A DNA stretch of 34,666 nt from a virus (lineage: Duplodnaviria > Heunggongvirae > Uroviricota > Caudoviricetes): IMG/VR virus record IMGVR_UViG_2909288124_000006; one strand, written 5' to 3'. Shown here piece by piece: positions 18,218 to 25,623 of this stretch; within the stretch, counting starts at the first letter, position 1, and the number at the start of each line of letters is the position of its first letter. The translations under genes were made by a program, and so were the position numbers. Below the pieces are notes generated by a model that made no database searches, was not told where the DNA came from, and saw only the letters and a list, made by a program, of their open reading frames with translations.

Positions 18218-19270
18218 TTAGCTGTCGGCGAACTTCAGGCCAGTGACCATCGCGCACTTGCCATAGTCTTCAACGACATAAGCGTCATTGATGGACTGGT
18301 AGGTGGCGATGCGGTTGTATTCCGGCTCGTCTTTCATCAGGCGACGCATTGTTCCTTTCTGCCAGTAAATTGACAGGTTGTTGAACGAGGTGATCAGCAT
18401 CGTTGCATCCGGGAAGAACGGCGCAAGGAATACATCCAGCCCGCCAATGGCGCGCGATGACAGGATGAGCTGTCCGGCAAGTAATTCCGCATTGGGATTC
18501 TGGCCGCTGATGCTGTTCAGCACGGGCAGACGCAGCGAGTTAAACAGGTTGCGCCCCATAATCACCACGAGGTCGTCAGCTTCCTTGTGCCATTCATCCA
18601 GCAGGGATGAGCGCGCGTCCTGTACCAGTGCATCAGCGTTCGCATATTTACCCGCGTGCGCCACGGTGTTGTCCATGTTGCGGGAGGTCAGCGTTACATC
18701 ATTCATAACGCGCTCGCTGGCGTCGGTTCTGATGTGCTCCAGCCATCCCACGTTAACGTCCTGAAGCAGCTTGTTAGTGCTGAAGTTGGACTCATCTGCG
18801 TGAGACGTGCCGTTGAAACCGATCATGATGCGGTCAAGCGCCACCTGCCGGGCAATCTGTGTGCTGACGCGGGACTGAAAATCAGGGTGTGCCGCCCAGG
18901 CATCAAGCTGCGGATACGAAATAAACGTGTCGTAGTTCACCTGTTCGCACTGGTATTTGCGGTTTTTCAGATCAACCACGTTATTCGGGTTACGGCGTTT
19001 TGTGCCGTCATAACTGGTATTCGTGCGCGCAATCGGCCCGGTGGTGTCCAGGAGGATTTTTTCGCCTTTCTGGTCAGTCACACCGAACACGTTAATTTTT
19101 TTTGTAAATTCAGTGCTCTCCTTTACTGCGTTTTCAAAACGCTGCTGCACCGAGGGTTCTACGGTAAATCGCGATACCAGTGCAGATACCGGGATATTGT
19201 TAAGCGACGCCTGCTGCGCCATATAGCAACCCAGCTTGTTGCGGGTAATATCTGACATCACCAGATTCAT
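18218..19270 (-). CDS. N: Major capsid protein N
   Basis: 350 aa resembling P2 gpN (FTVEPSV..., GFNG...); SD AAGGAG upstream. Confidence 0.9.
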   Translation of the reverse strand: MNLVMSDITRNKLGCYMAQQASLNNIPVSALVSRFTVEPSVQQRFENAVKESTEFTKKINVFGVTDQKGEKILLDTTGPIARTNTSYDGTKRRNPNNVVDLKNRKYQCEQVNYDTFISYPQLDAWAAHPDFQSRVSTQIARQVALDRIMIGFNGTSHADESNFSTNKLLQDVNVGWLEHIRTDASERVMNDVTLTSRNMDNTVAHAGKYANADALVQDARSSLLDEWHKEADDLVVIMGRNLFNSLRLPVLNSISGQNPNAELLAGQLILSSRAIGGLDVFLAPFFPDATMLITSFNNLSIYWQKGTMRRLMKDEPEYNRIATYQSINDAYVVEDYGKCAMVTGLKFADS

Positions 19271-19292
19271 AAAAATTTGCTCCTTTGTCTTA

Positions 19293-20129
19293 TCAGAAGT
19301 CAGCCAGCTGGTCGGAGGCTGCGCCCGTTGCGGTGAAGCGGTTCTGCGGATCGCCGTCCTGCGTGCGCAGTTTTTCCTTCAGTGCTGTCAGCTCTGTGGT
19401 CAGTGACGTGATTTTCTGGCGGTCCTGCTGATGGCGGGTTTCCAGCACATTAAAACGGTCGATAATGTCGGCCTGTGACGTTGCGACGCCTTCCACCGCT
19501 TCCTGAATACGGGAGAAACTGGCGTCATCCGCTTTGCGGCCACGACCAATAATCCCCATTACGCGGTTAAACCACTGGGTGCCTTCTTCCTGGCGTTGTT
19601 CTGCCATTTCGATGATTTCAGACTCGATGGCTTCGGAAATGAGCGGTGCTTCACCCTGGACACTGTTGAACGTCATCACCGCCTGACGTTGCTGTGCCGT
19701 GAATTTCAGGCGCTCAGTGCCCAGGCTTGCCGGGGTGTCGGTCATCGCCAGCCCGACCAGATAGGCGCGCCCGTTAACGGAGAACTGCGGGTGCAGTTCG
19801 ATACTGGAATAGATTTTCTTGCCGTCCGCGACAAGCTGCTTCATGCGCTCGGTCGGTTCGATTTCTGCATACAGCGCAGTACGTCCGGCCAGCGGACCTT
19901 CCGTAATGTCTTCCGTACTCAGTGCGGTGACATCGCCCATTGCGGAAAATTCGCTTGACGGGCATGGCGAGAGATAGTGCTCAACGTTCACGCGGGCAGC
20001 GTAAACATCCGGGTTGAAGTTCTCGGCGGCTTCACGCAGATGCACCGGACTGATTTCACGGCCATCAACAGTTGATCCGGAGACAGCCACGCGAAACTTT
20101 TTGCGGGATGTCTTTTTTTCATTAGCCAT
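19293..20129 (-). CDS. O: Capsid scaffolding protein O
   Basis: Resembles P2 gpO (FRVAVSG..TVDGREIS); start at ATG 20129 (MANEKK). Confidence 0.85.
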   Translation of the reverse strand: MANEKKTSRKKFRVAVSGSTVDGREISPVHLREAAENFNPDVYAARVNVEHYLSPCPSSEFSAMGDVTALSTEDITEGPLAGRTALYAEIEPTERMKQLVADGKKIYSSIELHPQFSVNGRAYLVGLAMTDTPASLGTERLKFTAQQRQAVMTFNSVQGEAPLISEAIESEIIEMAEQRQEEGTQWFNRVMGIIGRGRKADDASFSRIQEAVEGVATSQADIIDRFNVLETRHQQDRQKITSLTTELTALKEKLRTQDGDPQNRFTATGAASDQLADF

Positions 20130-20283
20130 AGTTTTTGCCCCTCTGACTGGTTCTTCAGTCATGATGGCAAAGCGTAACAGGCTGATACAAAGGGCTTTTG
20201 TTGTAAGAAAACGGCCAGAACAGGGGGTTAAGGAGAACGGTTTCGCGCGCGGGTAATCTTCCTGTAATTACTCAGGGGGAGCA

Positions 20284-22035
20284 ATGATTCAGGACGCTTT
20301 TGTGCGCCAGCGTGCGCGGCAACTTTACTGGCAGGGTTATCCGCCCGCAGAAATATCACGTCTGATGGGAATAAACCCGAACACGATTTATGCGTGGAAA
20401 AAACGCGACCAGTGGGATGAAACGCCACCCGTGCAGCGTGTCACGCAGTCCATCGATGCGCGCCTCATCCAGCTTACTGAAAAACAGAATAAAACAGGTG
20501 GTGACTTTAAGGAAATAGACCTGCTGACCCGGCAGCTTAAAAAACTGCATGATGGCCAGCCGGATGCGACGGCCACAGGAAAGAAAGGCCGGGCGAAAAA
20601 ACTTAAAAATCATTTCACGCCGGAGCAGATTGCCGCACTGCGGGAAAAAATCATCAGCAGGCTGGAGTGGCATCAGCGGGGCTGGTTTGACTCCCTGACC
20701 CTTTGCAGTGAAGCCGGGATACGTAACAGGATGATCCTGAAATCCCGACAGATTGGGGCGACCTGGTATTTTGCACAGGAAGCACTGCTGATGGCGCTGC
20801 GTGACGATGTGGCACAACCTTACCAGCGTAACCAGATTTTTTTGTCTGCGTCGCGTCGTCAGGCGTTCCAGTTTAAAAGCATTATTCAGAAGGCCGCGGC
20901 TGAAGTTGATGTGGAGCTGAAAGGGGGCGATAAAATCATCCTCTCCAACGGCGCAGAACTGCATTTTCTCGGTACTTCTGCTGCGACGGCACAGTCCTAC
21001 ACAGGCAATTTTTATTTTGATGAATTTTTCTGGGTCAGTCGCTTTGCTGAACTGCGCAAGGTGGCTGGCGCTATGGCAACCCTCAGCGGACTGCGGCGCA
21101 CCTACTTCTCCACGCCATCCACCGAAACGCACGAGGCATACGTCTATTGGAACGGCGACCGCTGGAACGAGAAAAAGGCCGCGCATAAACGCCAGCGTTT
21201 TTCTGTGGACTGGAAAACGCTGCATAACGGGCTTATCTGCCCCGACCGGACGTGGCGGCAAATTGTCACGCTGGAAGATGTGGTTAATCACGGCTGGAAA
21301 CACACCGATATTGATGAAATTCGTGATGAAAACACCGAAGACGAGTTCCGCAATCTCTATATGTGTGAGTTTGTCCGCGAAGGGGAATCGGCATTTAACC
21401 TGAATATCCTGATTGGCTGCGGTGTTGATGGATACGACGACTGGAAAGACTGGAAACCTTTTGCTCCCCGCCCGATGGGGAATCGTCCGGTATGGATTGG
21501 GTATGACGCAAACGGCAGCAGTGGCAACGGCGACAGCGGCGCTGTGTCCGTGGTGGTTCCTCCGTCTGTTCCTGGTGGCCGTTTTCGAACGGTGGAGACG
21601 CGACGCGTTCAGGGGCTGGAGTTTGAAGAACAGGCCAGAGTCATTGAAGAGTTCACGTGTCGCTACAACGTGGAACACATCGGCATTGATGTGACGGGCG
21701 GGAACGGGGAGGCTGTTTATCAGATAGTGAAACGGTTTTTCCCTGCCGCTATTCCGTACACCTTCACGCTGTCATCAAAACGGTCGCTGGTACTGAAAAT
21801 GCTGCAAATAATGCGTGCCGGGCGGTGGGAATACGATCGCGCCGAACGCGAGCTGGTCGCGGCCTTTAACGCCGTGCGTAAGGTGAAAACACCGGGCGGC
21901 TTTATCACTTACGAAACGGACCGCGCGAGGGGGATCAGCCACGGCGACCTTGCGTGGGCAACCATGCTTGCTGTCATTAACGAACCAATTGGCGGCGAAG
22001 GAGAAAACGAGCGTTTCACGGTTATGGAGTTCTGA
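20284..22035 (+). CDS. P: Terminase ATPase (large) subunit P
   Basis: 583 aa; P2 gpP-like. Confidence 0.92.
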   Translation: MIQDAFVRQRARQLYWQGYPPAEISRLMGINPNTIYAWKKRDQWDETPPVQRVTQSIDARLIQLTEKQNKTGGDFKEIDLLTRQLKKLHDGQPDATATGKKGRAKKLKNHFTPEQIAALREKIISRLEWHQRGWFDSLTLCSEAGIRNRMILKSRQIGATWYFAQEALLMALRDDVAQPYQRNQIFLSASRRQAFQFKSIIQKAAAEVDVELKGGDKIILSNGAELHFLGTSAATAQSYTGNFYFDEFFWVSRFAELRKVAGAMATLSGLRRTYFSTPSTETHEAYVYWNGDRWNEKKAAHKRQRFSVDWKTLHNGLICPDRTWRQIVTLEDVVNHGWKHTDIDEIRDENTEDEFRNLYMCEFVREGESAFNLNILIGCGVDGYDDWKDWKPFAPRPMGNRPVWIGYDANGSSGNGDSGAVSVVVPPSVPGGRFRTVETRRVQGLEFEEQARVIEEFTCRYNVEHIGIDVTGGNGEAVYQIVKRFFPAAIPYTFTLSSKRSLVLKMLQIMRAGRWEYDRAERELVAAFNAVRKVKTPGGFITYETDRARGISHGDLAWATMLAVINEPIGGEGENERFTVMEF

Positions 22036-23081
22036 TGAGCAGAAAAAATAAAAAAGTGCGCATGAGTTCACGCATTGATCTCGCTGATGCGCTCAGGAAA
22101 GAATCATCGCTCAGTGCATTCACATTTGATGGTCCTTATCGCCTGACCGGGCATGACCTGCTGGACAATATGTACTGTGCTGATAACGGGCGGTGGTATG
22201 AAACCCCGGTGGACTGGTACGGTCTGGCAAGAGCCGCCCGGCAAACGTCATGGCATCAGTCTGCGCTTTACTTTAAGCGCAATGTATTGCTCGGTTGCTA
22301 CATCCCGCACCCGCTGCTTTCCCGGCAGGATTTCTCGGCGCTGGCGCTGGACTGGTTTGTGTTCGGTAACGCATTCCTTGAGCTTCGAAGCAATATGCTC
22401 GGCGAACCGCTTAAATTACGGCACGCACTGGCGAAATACATGCGACGCGGAAGCGATCTTGAATCATGGTGGTATATGCAGGATGGCAAGGATGCGTTTC
22501 AGTTTCGCCCTGGCAAAGTGTGCCACCTGATGAATCCTGACATTAACCAGGAAATCTACGGCATGCCGGAATATCTCGGCGCATTACTCTCGGCCAGCCT
22601 GTCTCATTCGGCGGACATGTTCAGAAAACTGTATTACGACAATGGATCCCACGCCGGGTGCATCATCTACATCGGTGCAGCGCAGGTAAACCGCGAAAGC
22701 ATGGACTCCCTGAAAGAAACGCTACAGGGTGCGCGTGGTGGTGGTGCGTTTAAAAACGTGCTCATTCATGCGCCCAACGGGGGCAAAGAGGGGGTGCAAA
22801 TTTTGCCGTTCCAGCAGATCACCGCAAAGGATGAGTTCATGAATGTTAAGGCGGCATCCCGTGATGATGTGCTGGCTGCGCACCGCGTTCCGCCGCAACT
22901 GATGGGGGCGATGCCGGGTGAAAAAAGTGCGTTTGGTGATGTGGAGAAGGCCGCGCGGGTTTACGCAATTAACGAGCTGATGCCCGTCATGGAGGCCATG
23001 AAGCATATCAATGACTGGCTTGGCGAAGAGGTGATCCGATTTAACCCTTACGCACTGCTGGACACCCAGCCCACATCCTGA
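22035..23081 (+). CDS. Q: Portal protein Q
   Basis: 348 aa; P2 gpQ-like. Confidence 0.92.
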   Translation: MSRKNKKVRMSSRIDLADALRKESSLSAFTFDGPYRLTGHDLLDNMYCADNGRWYETPVDWYGLARAARQTSWHQSALYFKRNVLLGCYIPHPLLSRQDFSALALDWFVFGNAFLELRSNMLGEPLKLRHALAKYMRRGSDLESWWYMQDGKDAFQFRPGKVCHLMNPDINQEIYGMPEYLGALLSASLSHSADMFRKLYYDNGSHAGCIIYIGAAQVNRESMDSLKETLQGARGGGAFKNVLIHAPNGGKEGVQILPFQQITAKDEFMNVKAASRDDVLAAHRVPPQLMGAMPGEKSAFGDVEKAARVYAINELMPVMEAMKHINDWLGEEVIRFNPYALLDTQPTS

Positions 23082-23230
23082 CGCGCTTCGCTTGTCTGCT
23101 GCTTCGCCGGGGCATAAAAAATTTATGCCCCGACTCTCCAGCTCCTGTATCAATCAGATAATTTCACGACGTCTTCCAGCTTATCGCCATCATCGACGGT
23201 CAGGCTCTTACGCAATCCCACTGCGCTGAC

Positions 23231-23255
23231 TGCATGTTCTCGCCGCCTCAGTGCG
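23231..23255. other. Candidate cohesive-end (cos) core, by partial resemblance to the P2/186 cos 19-mer as remembered
   Basis: Position just beyond Q as in P2; the complement of this stretch contains GAGGCGG...GA.AACATGC resembling GGCGAGGCGGGGAAAGCAC; weak. Confidence 0.25.
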
Positions 23256-23567
23256 ATTTTGACGGCCTTATCTGCTACCCCATCAAATCAAAAGTCCTCA
23301 CGTCTTTTTCATGCTCAGCGTGAGAAATACAGCCATTCTGTTGTGTCGCTGCGACATCGTTCAGGGGATGCTATTTACCCCCTGAAACGCGGGCTGTTCC
23401 CCCGTCACCTGCGCGCAGAAAAAGCGCGTTTTTTTGTGCACGTACGGATCCTTGACGGATCCAGCCACCACGCGGGCCGGAAGTACAAAAAGTCGTTCAA
23501 AAAAATTGTGCAAACTTGTGCACTATCGTGCAAACAAAAAAAGCGCCTTATCGGCGCTTCAAAAGTA

Positions 23568-23837
23568 TCAATTGTTGCTGTGTATTAATCGCCAACCACG
23601 AACATATGCTTCATAGGCATCTCTGTGCCTTACAGTTCCAGCCTGGCTAAACGGAATGTTAGCTAAAACTAAATCATTCTGAGCCATAGCGCGTCCTTCA
23701 AGCGCATCTTTTATGCCTAGCTCAAAAGCACAGGCAGCGCATTTGTGCCGACCTTCTTGTCCTTGATATTCAGGGAGAGACAGAAATGTTGGATTATAAC
23801 GATGAGGGTTCTTGCAAATACCTGTTTTAGCCCGCAC
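23568..23837 (-). CDS. Hypothetical 89-aa protein (no SD seen; possible gene remnant)
   Basis: ORF only; lies in the cos-proximal accessory region. Confidence 0.3.
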   Translation of the reverse strand: MRAKTGICKNPHRYNPTFLSLPEYQGQEGRHKCAACAFELGIKDALEGRAMAQNDLVLANIPFSQAGTVRHRDAYEAYVRGWRLIHSNN

Positions 23838-23977
23838 TTTATTTACCTCATAGGAAAAATATGCGTGCCTTTACAGAGGTGCGTGTAAGCAATAAAATAT
23901 ACGACGCACATTTTGATTTACTTCGGAAGGCACGCATATCAGGTTAAGTGAGTCCGACCGAGTTTTACGCCCCAATA

Positions 23978-24000
23978 GTTGCTGCTATTGGGGCGTTTTG
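23978..24000 (+). terminator. Rho-independent terminator (gccccaatag...ctattggggc followed by TTTT)
   Basis: Perfect 10-bp stem followed by T-run. Confidence 0.55.
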
Positions 24001-24201
24001 CATGGACAATGCCGCGCAATTATCTTGTCGCTCACAATGCGAACGATCTTACAAAAAGGCACATTACTGTCAAGATAATTGATCGTTTTAATCGATAGAT
24101 AATAGACAATCTATTTGTTTAACAGATCGATTATTGAAGTAAGTGTGCCAAATGGAATGATACTGTCTCTATAAACGTGAGCATTTTTCGCGCAGATGCT
24201 T

Positions 24202-24513
24202 TTACTCAGGAAATAACGCCCGGATATTCCCAGCCATCTGGCTGGTTATCTTAGCCACTGGTGCAGACTGTGCTTCAAACTTTTTTGAGCTGATTTGTGT
24301 CACAGGTAACATCTCATCATCAGCCCATGCGGCCAGTCGGTAAGCCTCTGCCGGATTCGTCTTCAGAAGTGCCAGCCCGGCCAGAAAAGCCACGCGTTGG
24401 CCGCTTTTGCGGGCTTCTGGTGTAAGGCTGTCCAGCCAGGCGCATGCTTCTCCTTCGTTCTTGACGGCAGCTGGCTTCAGATAGAAACTTATTCTTCTGG
24501 TTGGTGTCGTCAT
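24202..24513 (-). CDS. parR: ParR-like centromere-binding adaptor (type II partition)
   Basis: 103 aa directly downstream of parM; ...VAFLAGLALL... resembles R1 ParR region. Confidence 0.7.
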   Translation of the reverse strand: MTTPTRRISFYLKPAAVKNEGEACAWLDSLTPEARKSGQRVAFLAGLALLKTNPAEAYRLAAWADDEMLPVTQISSKKFEAQSAPVAKITSQMAGNIRALFPE

Positions 24514-24517
24514 TGGT

Positions 24518-25477
24518 TTACTCCTTGTTCATTGCGTACAGCCCATTAACCAGAGCAAATTGTGGCCCCCCGTCCGCGATGAAAGTCGCATTAACTCCGC
24601 AGGCTTCGCGGATAGCGGGTGCCACAATCTCCGCCCCGCCACCGACAACCATCACCCGCCCGTAACCCGAAAAAACCGCCAGCGCGCGGATCACGCGTTG
24701 TTTCAGTGTTTCTTCCTTTTCACGAATAACCGCCATCAGGCTGGCGTAATGCGCGTCATTGTGGATGTGCTGGCGCAGCCAGGCTTCATCATGGCGATGT
24801 TCGATAATGGTATTGGCGATGTGGTGACTGGTGCGCATACCGTTAGTGGCCATCACCGACAGTACGGCATCGGCCATAAGAGAAACGCCTACGTGTGGAT
24901 CGCAAAACAGCTGGCTGATACCTGCCAGTTGCCCCTGAACCTTTGCCACATCCAGCGTGGTTCCGCCCAAATCCACAATCAGCAGGGATTCAAACGGACT
25001 CATGTCAGCCAGAGCCTTAAAGCCAGCCGGAATGGATTCAGGCATAACCCGCACGTTACAGATAGTGAATGCTTCGCCGTTCTGGTACTCCACCGGGCGC
25101 ATAACGTTCGCTTTTTTGCGGTTGATGTTGGCCATGTCCGGCTGTGCGTTTGTGTCGAAATACTCGCTCAGTGGCAGGGTGACAACCACATCCACCTCCT
25201 GTGGCGTGATGCCTGATTTGACCAGTGCGTGATGAATGGCAATGACATTCACATCGCTGTACTGGTATTGCGTGTCGGTCGTCTGGACAAAGCGATCGCT
25301 GACCGGATCAAAACCGTAGCGCACGCCATCAAGCATGTAGTTCGCGGGCTGCGTGCCACTGAACGGCGCAGACCATTCCGACTTGAAACTGTTCGGGCTG
25401 ATGGCGTTGCGGCGTTCGCCGTTCTCAGTCCATGCCAGCTTGATGTTGGTGGAGCCGTCGTCGATACAAATTTTCAT
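24518..25477 (-). CDS. parM: ParM/StbA actin-like segregation ATPase
   Basis: 319 aa; IDDGSTNIKL, YSDVNVIAIHHAL, VMPESIPAG, DLGGTTLD motifs matching plasmid R1 ParM as remembered. Confidence 0.9.
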   Translation of the reverse strand: MKICIDDGSTNIKLAWTENGERRNAISPNSFKSEWSAPFSGTQPANYMLDGVRYGFDPVSDRFVQTTDTQYQYSDVNVIAIHHALVKSGITPQEVDVVVTLPLSEYFDTNAQPDMANINRKKANVMRPVEYQNGEAFTICNVRVMPESIPAGFKALADMSPFESLLIVDLGGTTLDVAKVQGQLAGISQLFCDPHVGVSLMADAVLSVMATNGMRTSHHIANTIIEHRHDEAWLRQHIHNDAHYASLMAVIREKEETLKQRVIRALAVFSGYGRVMVVGGGAEIVAPAIREACGVNATFIADGGPQFALVNGLYAMNKE

Positions 25478-25508
25478 GTCGCTTTTCCTTATGTTGATTA
25501 ATTAATCG

Positions 25509-25623
25509 TTTACGGGATTCTGAAATCCCGTTTTTGCCTGTTTTGTGTGCGCTTCATATATCGCGGCGCGTTTTTTGCTCATTTACGGGATTTGTGAATC
25601 CCGTTTCTGTCTGTTTTTTGTTT
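25509..25623. repeat. Two about 40-bp direct repeats, each containing an 8-bp-stem palindrome (acgggatt N4 aatcccgt) followed by a T-rich tract; parC-like centromere/operator candidate
   Basis: Copies at 25509-25547 and 25581-25623; first is 32 bp upstream of parM start, second lies in the last codons of gene A. Confidence 0.55.

Noticed and set aside
18656-19255. 199-aa ORF on the plus strand
   Set aside because: Antisense to the major capsid gene N.
20356-21678. 440-aa ORF on the minus strand
   Set aside because: Lies antisense inside terminase gene P, whose product is clearly recognisable; typical long antisense ORF with no recognisable family.
25509-25623. Possible CRISPR array
   Set aside because: Only two copies, each an internal palindrome, no spacer structure or cas genes; better explained as a protein-binding or terminator-like repeat.
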